A stretch of 64,000 nt of DNA, taken from an uncultured virus (IMG/VR IMGVR_UViG_3300021960_000064) (Duplodnaviria > Heunggongvirae > Uroviricota > Caudoviricetes). The notes under the pieces are model-generated. The model had not been told where the DNA came from. It saw only the letters and a list, made by a program, of their open reading frames with translations, and searched no databases. How positions within the stretch are numbered: position 1 is the stretch's first letter; every line of letters begins with the position of its first letter. Where the stretch lies: IMG/VR virus record IMGVR_UViG_3300021960_000064. One strand, written 5' to 3'. This document shows positions 34,221-43,003 of the stretch, piece after piece. Made by a program: the position numbers and the translations under genes.

Positions 34221-34994
34221 CTAAAATAGTTCACCGTTTTCAGCACCTTGTTTTAATGCTTTTTTCCACATAACTTTTACGTCCTTACGAATCGCACCAC
34301 CCCAAGCAGTTTTAGTTTCTTTTTCTACTACTGTTACTACCTCGGGGTGTAACTTAGCTAATAACTCTGCACCTTCGGACTGCACATCTAAAGTACGCCA
34401 CTCACTACAGCCACCAGCAGCATTAGAACTACCTTGACCTTGAGCATAGTAATAACTTATCTTACTAGGATATCCTTTTTTAAGAAGTTGTAAATTAATA
34501 TCAAAATCTTCCATGACTCTAGTTCTTGCTAACTCTACACCGTCAAACTTATCTAAGTTGTAGGCTAGTAACCTCATGTACCTTGTAGTTTCTACTGATA
34601 GAGCCTCAACTCTATTGTTGCCTTCCCTAGCACTTACGCCACAGTGAGCATAGTCATCAAGCCATACATCTAATAGCCCAAATAACGCAGGGTATTCCTC
34701 AGGTTCAAGGTATCTTAAATGCCAGTCGTTAGTAGCTTTACGAATATAGAAACGTAAGTCATCATCTAACATAACTATTTTATTGTCGTCAGTGTTGTCA
34801 TGAATAAACTTACGCTTAGTAGCTATATCATGAACGGTGTCATCACATACCATAATTTTACAATCATAAGCTGAGTATAAATCTTTCTCATGCTCGTCTA
34901 CTACTAGTGTTACCTCTTTGCGTAATTCTTCTGGAAAGAAAGACAAGGTTACTTGGCTGTCTGCCCTACCTCTTGTAGGAATAAAAATTCTCAT
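34221..34994 (-). CDS. GT-A glycosyltransferase (TET-associated/GREB1/JGT-like)
   Basis: 'IFIPTRGR', 'MLDDD', 'EDFD..LQ', 'NAAGGC'. Confidence 0.75.
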   Translation of the reverse strand: MRIFIPTRGRADSQVTLSFFPEELRKEVTLVVDEHEKDLYSAYDCKIMVCDDTVHDIATKRKFIHDNTDDNKIVMLDDDLRFYIRKATNDWHLRYLEPEEYPALFGLLDVWLDDYAHCGVSAREGNNRVEALSVETTRYMRLLAYNLDKFDGVELARTRVMEDFDINLQLLKKGYPSKISYYYAQGQGSSNAAGGCSEWRTLDVQSEGAELLAKLHPEVVTVVEKETKTAWGGAIRKDVKVMWKKALKQGAENGELF

Positions 34995-35839
34995 TTATTT
35001 ACCTTATATTTTGCACGTGGTCTGCCTTCACCCAAACGTGTACGTTCATATTTATCGAACTCGCAAAGGCAGTGTTCAATATCTCTCATTTCTAGTGGTA
35101 GCATATGCCCTTGTAAATATTCAGGGGAGCAATCTAGTAACACTTTCATCTCAAAATTTAATTGTGGCTTCTTAATCGTTTTATTAAGTTCTCTATGGTG
35201 TATTCTATTTAAGCCACGCTGAGCTCCAGGTCCAGGGTTAGCCCAAGTCATAATATCTTTAGCGTTTCTTAACCACTTAGTGTGACGTAAATCAGTCACT
35301 ACCTCGTAAGCCATGAACCCGCTAAACCCAGCGTGTTTTTGATACCCTTTCCATGTTTCTTCTAACGAATCTTTTATCATAGGTGGGTGGTGTTCATATA
35401 AAGGTGTGAGTATTTTATCTATAGTTTGTTCTATTTTAGTACCACCTAACGTGCCTGTCAACATGTACGCACCAGTATATACTTTTTCTTTTCTATCCAT
35501 TCTACCTTGCATTATAGCTTTTAAACGTTTAGGATTCCAATGCTCAGGAAAACCTAACTCTTCTAAAGTGTCTGGCCAATTAATTTGCCTAGCCATAGAC
35601 ATAGCAAAAGGTAGGTTAGGGTGGTCGGCATAAGGTTCTCGCCAGTTGACTCGTATCCATTCTGTAACTCTATCTAGTTCACGATATACATTACAAAAAC
35701 TATACTCAGTTAGTATGGCATCACTAGTCCACGGATAAGACACGCCATTTTGGCGACGTAGATATACAATATGACGTTCGTTTAAATAATTAAAAAACTT
35801 TTGTATTTCTTCTTGATTCATACTGCTTCCTTTACCCAC
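34991..35839 (-). CDS. aGPT-Pplase1 / 5hmdU DNA kinase helical domain protein (stand-alone)
   Basis: 'ERH.VY..R....PWT.D.IL..Y.FCNVYRELDR', 'GFMAYEVVTDL', 'GPGA.RGL', 'IEHCLCEFDKY'. Confidence 0.8.
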   Translation of the reverse strand: MGKGSSMNQEEIQKFFNYLNERHIVYLRRQNGVSYPWTSDAILTEYSFCNVYRELDRVTEWIRVNWREPYADHPNLPFAMSMARQINWPDTLEELGFPEHWNPKRLKAIMQGRMDRKEKVYTGAYMLTGTLGGTKIEQTIDKILTPLYEHHPPMIKDSLEETWKGYQKHAGFSGFMAYEVVTDLRHTKWLRNAKDIMTWANPGPGAQRGLNRIHHRELNKTIKKPQLNFEMKVLLDCSPEYLQGHMLPLEMRDIEHCLCEFDKYERTRLGEGRPRAKYKVNK

Positions 35840-36312
35840 CAGTTAGGTTTAGGTGTACATTTATTCCACTGGGCGTAATGCTTTTCGTTAATTAAATAAT
35901 TACGATAGGCTTTTACTGGGTCAGAGTCTTTGTACTGGTCGGGCATAGCTTGGGGCATGGGAGTAAGACCAATATCAGGCATACCTACAGGTGCTTGACA
36001 TAACTTATCATTAAGTTTAACAAAACTAAGGTGTTGCCTATCGTACCTAGTTTCGTATTCTTTACATAAAGCATAAAAATGATAGTAAAGCCACGTATAG
36101 TTTTGTACTGATTCCCTAGCCCATATAGTACAAGGGTGATTAAGATAGGCTTTTTTATAAATACCGTTAAGGTCACACCACTCCTCACCGTTATGTACAC
36201 GGTGGGCAGTTGAAAGCATTTGAGCACTTTCTAAAGGCATTTTGACTACTAGTTTATCTGGTAGACAGATGGCAGCTTTAGCTGGGTCTGTATTTACATA
36301 AAATATATTCAT
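35818..36312 (-). CDS. Pyrimidine-dimer DNA glycosylase (DenV-like) family protein
   Basis: 'MNIF...D...AA....DK.VVKM.LESAQMLS', 'NHPCT.W', 'AMP.QYK..D.V.AYR.Y'. Confidence 0.7.
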   Translation of the reverse strand: MNIFYVNTDPAKAAICLPDKLVVKMPLESAQMLSTAHRVHNGEEWCDLNGIYKKAYLNHPCTIWARESVQNYTWLYYHFYALCKEYETRYDRQHLSFVKLNDKLCQAPVGMPDIGLTPMPQAMPDQYKDSDPVKAYRNYLINEKHYAQWNKCTPKPNWWVKEAV

Positions 36313-36365
36313 AGTTATCTCCTATAACATTAAAATTTTACTTTACTTGTTTAGTAAAAGTAAAG

Positions 36366-37865
36366 TTAAATCATAACCTTAAATTCTTTTCTCGTCTTAC
36401 CTTGTATAATGTGTAAGTTTTGTTTTGTTCTTGTTACACCGACATAGAAGGCTCGACACTCGTTATCAGGGCTTTTGTACAACTCGTCAAAAGTTCTAGT
36501 AGCCATGTCTGTTATTAATACTACATTCTCACACTCGCCACCTTTTGTAGCATGTATAGTGTTCAATTTAATTCGTGAAGAATTTACTTTTTGGTGCTTA
36601 CGCAAACAAGATATAATGTACTCCCTTTGAGCGTCTCCAATTAACTCAAATGCTTGATGCCATATAACATCTATCATGAGTCCATAGTTTTTCTTTAACT
36701 GTTCGATACTTAATAATGTATCTGGGTCAGCTTGTTTTAAAGTTTTAAACCCAGTTCTTACACCCTTACCAGTTTTCATGTAGCCATATACTTTCTTAAT
36801 TCTAGAGGCTTCTATACTTTCCCCTTTGCGTAATAATTCCCAGTCTAAGATAGCTTTGATTAAGTTTTCTGTTACTGAAGGCTTATTGTTTTTAGTGTAG
36901 AAATATCCAGCAGTTCTAAGGTGTTGCTCAACGTTATTTAACAGATAATTATTACGTGCTAAGAAAAGCCACTCACCCTCACTGTAGTCTATATGTTCAT
37001 AGCTGTTGTGGTAAGTAACACTTCCTTCATCTTCTCTAGGAATCCAAGTTTTATGTCTTCTCTTTTTAATACGCTTAACTATGTTAAGAGCTACATCATG
37101 CACTTTCTTAGGTACTCTGTAACTTTGCTCTAGGTATATTTCTTTACCAGCTAAATTAATAAAGTGATCCGTGTCAGCTCCTGCCCATTTATATATTGCT
37201 TGATCATCATCACCTGCTATATAAACATGTTCTAAATCTTGTGCAAGTTTATGAACACATTTCCATTGTAGAGCTGATAAGTCTTGAGCCTCATCTACAA
37301 TCAACGCTTTTAACGGTGGACGTGTATCAAAATCAACAAAGCCAGAAAGCATATCTGTGTAGTCCATTAAGAAATTAGTTTGTTTAAAATTATTGTAGCT
37401 ACTACAGAACCAATCAAAATGAATCCAACTTAAATCACCTTGAGCCACGTTCCACGCATCTCTATAACTTTTACAGGTATTACGTGCCATGTTTTCTAGG
37501 AATAACATATTGTCCCCTAGACTATTTAACGCCATTAAATTTTCACCGTCCCAAGCTGAGTTAATACGTTCACCTACTAACTTACTAAACGCTCTTAAAT
37601 CTTTACGGTCTAGTATGTCCGACTTACTTAGTCCTTGCCAAAAATAACATAGAGAGTGTATAGTTCTAAAATATATAAGTTGGTCTTGTTCATAATCAAA
37701 CTTATCTACAGCTCTGGTTAGAGCTTCAGTTGCAGCTTTTTTAGTAAACGCAAGATATGCTAATTCGTAAGGTTGTATGTCTTCTTTAAATAGTTCTTCT
37801 ACCTTATTAAGTAAGAACGTTGTCTTACCAGTTCCAGGTGGTCCAAGAACTATGTTCCAACTCAC
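36366..37865 (-). CDS. SF1 (UvrD/Rep-like) DNA helicase
   Basis: 'GPPGTGKT', 'DEAQD', 'GDDDQAIY', 'QSYR', 'TIHATKGGE', 'YVGVTR'. Confidence 0.92.
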   Translation of the reverse strand: MSWNIVLGPPGTGKTTFLLNKVEELFKEDIQPYELAYLAFTKKAATEALTRAVDKFDYEQDQLIYFRTIHSLCYFWQGLSKSDILDRKDLRAFSKLVGERINSAWDGENLMALNSLGDNMLFLENMARNTCKSYRDAWNVAQGDLSWIHFDWFCSSYNNFKQTNFLMDYTDMLSGFVDFDTRPPLKALIVDEAQDLSALQWKCVHKLAQDLEHVYIAGDDDQAIYKWAGADTDHFINLAGKEIYLEQSYRVPKKVHDVALNIVKRIKKRRHKTWIPREDEGSVTYHNSYEHIDYSEGEWLFLARNNYLLNNVEQHLRTAGYFYTKNNKPSVTENLIKAILDWELLRKGESIEASRIKKVYGYMKTGKGVRTGFKTLKQADPDTLLSIEQLKKNYGLMIDVIWHQAFELIGDAQREYIISCLRKHQKVNSSRIKLNTIHATKGGECENVVLITDMATRTFDELYKSPDNECRAFYVGVTRTKQNLHIIQGKTRKEFKVMI

Positions 37866-39367
37866 AACATATCCTCTGTAAAATCATGAGCGTCTAGAGT
37901 TTCATCTCTATACTCAAACTCAGGTATGTACCAGACGTTAGTACCCCTACCTTTTAAATTCCAGAACACATGTTTAGCGTTAAGGTCTCTTAGTTTACTG
38001 GCAATCTTATTTGTTTCTAGTTCCGTAAACCTGTGTTTAATAAGAAACTCTTTTAAGTCTTTTATTCTAAAATAGGTTTTACCTTCTTCAGTGAATGGTT
38101 TACCTAATAATACTTCTTCCCTTGTACTAGCTTGAGCTAGGTCACTACAGAAAGATTCTAGTAGCTCAATAAACTGACCGTCTAATGAAACATCTGTACT
38201 AACTTCTATTATTTCCATACCATTGTCCATAAGAGTTTGTATTTGTGCTTGCCATGCACGTTCATTAGTTCTAGGTGGCATAATATTTAAAGTTTCCATA
38301 CAACTACGTTGAAACTTAGTTTGATTTTGTAGTTGTTCAGTAGTAAGTTCAAGCCTTTTATCATCAATAGATAAAAACCAAAGGGGTGGCTTAGAATCTA
38401 ATTTAGCTAGACTAGAAAAAGTAGGTGCAGTGTTGCCTTTACCTACGCCAAACTTACACGTTCTACATTTTTGTACGTCGCAGTAAGAACGGATAGGTTC
38501 ATCATTACATTTATAGTTATATTCTTTTTTATCTAATGTGCTAATTAAAGTTAGTACTTCTTTAGCTGGTAAAGGTGGGCTTACAAATTTACGATTATAT
38601 TCTTCTATGTCAGTTTGCCATACGTCAGGAGAAGCTTGTTTTAAATATACCCCCACGTTAAACAAACCATTATTACGAGTACCCTCAGGAAAACCCTGTT
38701 TGAGTAATGTTTTTAAACAAGGTGGTCCACCTTCCATTTCCTCTAGTTCTGGTACGCAAAGTTCTAGTAACTCTTCGCCAGTTACCTTACGACTATTAGC
38801 AAAAGCAATAAACTGCTCAGGAGTAAGCGACTCACCCTTAACATTAAACGCATATCTTATAGAAGTTTCACCACCAAAATATGGCATGTTCAACCAGCTA
38901 CCTATATCACCACGGTCAACTAATACTTCCCTTTGTTTAGGAAATATTTCTACACCGCCATAACCAAGACCTGCTGCTAACTCTCTAAGTTTATCTTGCA
39001 TATCTCCTGCACTTACCCAATCAGTAGTAAAACAGAAAATATGAGCACCACCACTTTTACTTCTACAAACTACTAAAGGTACTTTAAAAGATTCTACTTT
39101 CTTTACTAACTCTGGTAAGTCTAAGGGATAAGTATCTACATCAACTACTCCCCACTTAACTAGGTTATCTTCATTGATAGGAATTATACCTAGCCCAAGT
39201 TTACCTTCAAGATGTGACTTCCAATTATCTAAATTGGCTCCGATAGTTTTAATTGTTTTGGCTACGCCTTGTTGTTTTTGACCTGTGTTTTCACTATTGA
39301 TAGTGAAAGTACCGTGAGCTCTTTTTGACCCTGCAAATAACTCACTAAATTGTTCTACTAAATCCAA
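37862..39367 (-). CDS. Archaeo-eukaryotic primase (primpol) with PriCT-like domain
   Basis: 'DVD', 'RSKSGGAH', 'LNMPY', 'PPC....EGTRNNGLF'. Confidence 0.75.
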   Translation of the reverse strand: MDLVEQFSELFAGSKRAHGTFTINSENTGQKQQGVAKTIKTIGANLDNWKSHLEGKLGLGIIPINEDNLVKWGVVDVDTYPLDLPELVKKVESFKVPLVVCRSKSGGAHIFCFTTDWVSAGDMQDKLRELAAGLGYGGVEIFPKQREVLVDRGDIGSWLNMPYFGGETSIRYAFNVKGESLTPEQFIAFANSRKVTGEELLELCVPELEEMEGGPPCLKTLLKQGFPEGTRNNGLFNVGVYLKQASPDVWQTDIEEYNRKFVSPPLPAKEVLTLISTLDKKEYNYKCNDEPIRSYCDVQKCRTCKFGVGKGNTAPTFSSLAKLDSKPPLWFLSIDDKRLELTTEQLQNQTKFQRSCMETLNIMPPRTNERAWQAQIQTLMDNGMEIIEVSTDVSLDGQFIELLESFCSDLAQASTREEVLLGKPFTEEGKTYFRIKDLKEFLIKHRFTELETNKIASKLRDLNAKHVFWNLKGRGTNVWYIPEFEYRDETLDAHDFTEDML

Positions 39368-39386
39368 CAGTTTCTCCTTTAAAAAA

Positions 39387-39455
39387 GCTAGTGTGGTGAG
39401 AGCCCTAACTGGAGGACAGGAGCTTGGAGGCTCTACACCTTACAGCATCACTAGC
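39387..39455 (-). ncRNA. Structured RNA motif, copy B
   Basis: GCUAGUG/CACUAGC and GGUG-AGAGCCU/GGGCUCU-CACC stems, UGUCCUCCAGU loop. Confidence 0.65.
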
Positions 39456-39493
39456 AAGACTGAAATAAATCCCAAGCCCTGTCTAACAGATTA

Positions 39494-40276
39494 TTAGAAT
39501 GGTGCTTCTGACGTACTTTCGTTATCATTTGACTGGGATAAATTTACTTCACCCACAGTACTAGCAAAGTCTTTTGCTGCTTGATAGAAGAACATTTCAT
39601 CTTCTCCTAACGGTCCATCTAATGTTATATTCCAACCAAACCAAGTACCACGGTCGTTAGACTCAGCTTTGGTTTTCATAACATACTTATGGCTAAAACT
39701 TGCAGGGGTAAACACTTTATCTCCCGAACGCATTTTTATACTCGCCATAACAGAGTTCCAAGTACGAGACTTTTTAAGCTGAGTACCAGCCATAGCAATC
39801 ATCGCACTGTCATAACTACCGTCTTCACTCAAAGACAACACAAAGTGTGTCGCTGAAGTTTGTATATAGTTACCATTCTCTAACATATCTCTACCCATGT
39901 TATCTTTAGTAGTTTTAGACAAGATACTAGCGTCATCGTGTTGAGCTACTAGCCCACCCCCAGACTCTCTTGGTCCCCACTCTAAAAATAAACGCTTATA
40001 AGCCACAGGTAATGCTACCAATGGATTATCGTTTGTATAGAGTTTACCAGTGACAGTATTTATAATGTCACCAGCACTTGCACCTTCGACATACTTACCG
40101 TCGCTCTTCATTACCTCTGGGCTCATAGCCTGAAGTACTTTTAAGCGAGGTATAGTAATATCCTCGGCAGTCAACGTTTCTAGCCCACTGTTAGCATCTT
40201 CTATAAAAGCAGATGGTACAGCTACACTAGTATTTTCTTTTTCGCTTATAGCGTTTTCACTTTTTTCTTTACTCAT
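39494..40276 (-). CDS. Putative ssDNA-binding/annealing protein
   Basis: 'IPRLKVLQ..SPE', acidic tail ending 'EAPF'; replication operon. Confidence 0.6.
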   Translation of the reverse strand: MSKEKSENAISEKENTSVAVPSAFIEDANSGLETLTAEDITIPRLKVLQAMSPEVMKSDGKYVEGASAGDIINTVTGKLYTNDNPLVALPVAYKRLFLEWGPRESGGGLVAQHDDASILSKTTKDNMGRDMLENGNYIQTSATHFVLSLSEDGSYDSAMIAMAGTQLKKSRTWNSVMASIKMRSGDKVFTPASFSHKYVMKTKAESNDRGTWFGWNITLDGPLGEDEMFFYQAAKDFASTVGEVNLSQSNDNESTSEAPF

Positions 40277-40806
40277 TTTTTTATTACCTTAGTTTTTTGA
40301 CCTATGTAAACATTAAAAGTTTCTAAAGGCAGGTCGGAACCTTTTTCCACTTGTTCCCTTACAAACGCTTTCAACGTCATAGGTTCGACATGCTTTTTTT
40401 GAGCCGTCTTATACCCATCTGTATCTAGAGTTTCTAAGAGCTTCTTAGCAGAGTCGTCTTCTTCCCTGCCAAAACTTACTGAAACTGTGTTTTTAATAAT
40501 ATCACTAAAGCCATTTTCATCTAGCCAAGCGAATGCTTCTTCACGGTTTTCATCTGTTATACGTGCTGAATAATAAGTTGAGGTAGTGATTTTATTACCG
40601 TCTTTAAGGGTAATTTCACTTAAACCTAATTCACTCAGCATATTAGGTATAATTATTTCGCTTAACTCTCTGGTCTTAGCTTTTAATTTACCCATTTGTT
40701 CTTCTAAATCAGCAAACCTAGACAATAGTTCGCCTAGCTCTTCTGATCTGTTAGTTAGTTCTTTTAAACTAATGTCGTTTATATTTTTTTCTTCTGGTTC
40801 AAACAT
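40273..40806 (-). CDS. Conserved replication-module protein
   Basis: 'AFAWL..NG..DIIKN.V......VEPMTLKAFVRE'. Confidence 0.6.
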   Translation of the reverse strand: MFEPEEKNINDISLKELTNRSEELGELLSRFADLEEQMGKLKAKTRELSEIIIPNMLSELGLSEITLKDGNKITTSTYYSARITDENREEAFAWLDENGFSDIIKNTVSVSFGREEDDSAKKLLETLDTDGYKTAQKKHVEPMTLKAFVREQVEKGSDLPLETFNVYIGQKTKVIKK

Positions 40807-41110
40807 TTGTAGTTACCTCCACGCAGTAATATTGATGTTCTCGGTTATCCCACTTTAATAATTTAGCCCTACCTCTATTATTTTGTAAAGCAAAATGTAC
40901 GCATACACCAATCGCAGCAGGATCACCTATTAAAAGTAAATAGTCATCATCGGAAAAGTCTTTAAGTTTTTTACGAACCATACCAACAGTTGGTCCAGGG
41001 CTGAACATTAAATCAGGGTTGTCACCAAGTATAAAATCAAACTCACCATACTTTGAAGCAGAGAGAATGTTTTTATTTGCACTTGGCTTTTGAACTACAT
41101 GTACTGTCAT
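40799..41110 (-). CDS. Hypothetical protein
   Basis: 'A..YG......L.DF..DDYLLLIGDP'. Confidence 0.6.
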   Translation of the reverse strand: MTVHVVQKPSANKNILSASKYGEFDFILGDNPDLMFSPGPTVGMVRKKLKDFSDDDYLLLIGDPAAIGVCVHFALQNNRGRAKLLKWDNREHQYYCVEVTTNV

Positions 41111-41217
41111 CTTGTTTCTTTTATCTTAAAGTTGGGCTACTTTTTACAGTAGCCCCATATTCACGGGAGATAACTATGAATAATTAATTACCTATATATA
41201 AATAATTAAGTAAATAA

Positions 41218-41246
41218 ACTATACGCCTGATGTTATAAAAAATAAA
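41218..41246 (-). promoter_or_regulatory. sigma70-like promoter of replication operon, CATC at spacer position 9-12
   Basis: TTTATT-ttttataaCATCaggcg-TATAGT. Confidence 0.65.
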
Positions 41247-41557
41247 GCCCTATGTTTATTTATAACCTATCACTATATAGGGAGATAGAAATTAAATATT
41301 TTTTAAAACGCAAAAGTAAGACTAATAGCCAATAGCGGTAATAGGGTTCGTGTAACGTTATATATTTAAAGACGTCAAAGGGTATTAGCAAAACCTATTG
41401 ACTACCTATTGGCATAAAACACGTAATAGTATTTTAGAATTAAGTAGAAGTAGTTTATAGTTATATATAAGTAAGGGTAGTAAGTCCTGGACAAATAGAT
41501 CAGGCTACAACGGTTAAGTTACGGCTTAACACCCTTACTTACTAAGAAACGAGACAA

Positions 41558-43003
41558 ATGACAGAATTTATATTTAAGACAGATCCTTATGATCATCAAC
41601 GCCAAGCCTTAACTGAGTCTTGTGATAAAGAAGAGTATGCTCTTTTTATGGAGATGGGTTGTGGTAAATCTAAAGTAGCTATAGATAACTTTGTACATCT
41701 GTATGGTCAAGCTAAAGTATATAATGTTTTAATTGTAGCCCCTAAAGGTGTTTATAATAATTGGATAGCTAAAGAAATACCATCACACATGCCAGACCAT
41801 GTTACACACGACATAGTAAAGTGGCAAAGTAATCATACTAAGAAATTTGAAAGAGAAATGTCTAAACTTTTTGAGTTTGACCATAAACTAAAAATCCTTG
41901 TTATGAATATAGATGCCTTTAGTACTAAAAAAGGTTGTCAATATGCTAGTAGGTTTATACAACATAATAAAACTATGTTTATAATCGACGAAAGCACAAC
42001 TATAAAAAACCCTGAAGCAAAACGCACAGCTAATTGTGTAAGGTTAGGTAAGTATGCACATTACAAAAGAATCTTAACAGGTTCACCTATCACTAAAAGT
42101 CCACTAGATTTATATAGTCAGTGTATGTTTTTAGATCCAGCAATATTAGGCTTTAGTAGTTTTTATTCTTTCCGTGCAAGATATGCAGACTTAGTAGAAA
42201 AACGTGGACACGGTAGAACTTTTAAGTTTGTTGCAGGATATAAAAATTTAGAAGAACTTAATGAAACTTTAGAAAAGTTTAGCCATAGAGTTTTAAAGAA
42301 AGACTGTTTAGATCTACCTGAAAAAGTTTATATGCGTAGAGAAATACAAATGACACCTGATCAAGCTAAAGCATATAAAGAATTACAAAACTTTTCAGTG
42401 ACACTTTTAAAAAATTCTAAAACTGTAACCATAAACCATGTAATAACGCAAATCATACGTTTGCATCAGATTTCATGTGGATTCACAGTAACCGATGACG
42501 GAGTTACTACCGAAATATCTTCTCAGAGGCTTCCAGAATTGCTCTCTATTATAGAAGAAACTGATGGAAAGATGATTATTTGGGCAAACTACAGATATGA
42601 CATACAACGTATAGAAAAAACCTTAAAAGAACTTTATGGTAATAATTCAGTAGGAACTTACTACGGTGGAGTTGAACAAGAAGAACGTGAAAGGGTAATT
42701 GAAGAGTTTCAAAACCCAGACAGTCCTCTTAGATTTTTTGTAGGTAATACTCAGACTGGTGGTTACGGTATAACATTGACTGCTGCTAGTACGGTGGTGT
42801 ATTACAGTAACAACTATGATTTAGAAAAACGTCTACAATCAGAAGACCGTGCTCATCGTATAGGTCAAACTAATAAAGTTACTTACATAGATATTGTTTG
42901 TGAAAAAACAGTAGATGAAAAAATAGTAAAAGCATTAAGGAAGAAACAATCTATTGCTAGTTTAGTTCTAGGTGAAGATCGTATTACTGACTGGTTAGTC
43001 TAG
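41558..43003 (+). CDS. SNF2-family (SF2) helicase
   Basis: 'MEMGCGKS', 'IIDES', 'LTGSP', 'QSEDRAHRIGQ'. Confidence 0.92.
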   Translation: MTEFIFKTDPYDHQRQALTESCDKEEYALFMEMGCGKSKVAIDNFVHLYGQAKVYNVLIVAPKGVYNNWIAKEIPSHMPDHVTHDIVKWQSNHTKKFEREMSKLFEFDHKLKILVMNIDAFSTKKGCQYASRFIQHNKTMFIIDESTTIKNPEAKRTANCVRLGKYAHYKRILTGSPITKSPLDLYSQCMFLDPAILGFSSFYSFRARYADLVEKRGHGRTFKFVAGYKNLEELNETLEKFSHRVLKKDCLDLPEKVYMRREIQMTPDQAKAYKELQNFSVTLLKNSKTVTINHVITQIIRLHQISCGFTVTDDGVTTEISSQRLPELLSIIEETDGKMIIWANYRYDIQRIEKTLKELYGNNSVGTYYGGVEQEERERVIEEFQNPDSPLRFFVGNTQTGGYGITLTAASTVVYYSNNYDLEKRLQSEDRAHRIGQTNKVTYIDIVCEKTVDEKIVKALRKKQSIASLVLGEDRITDWLV

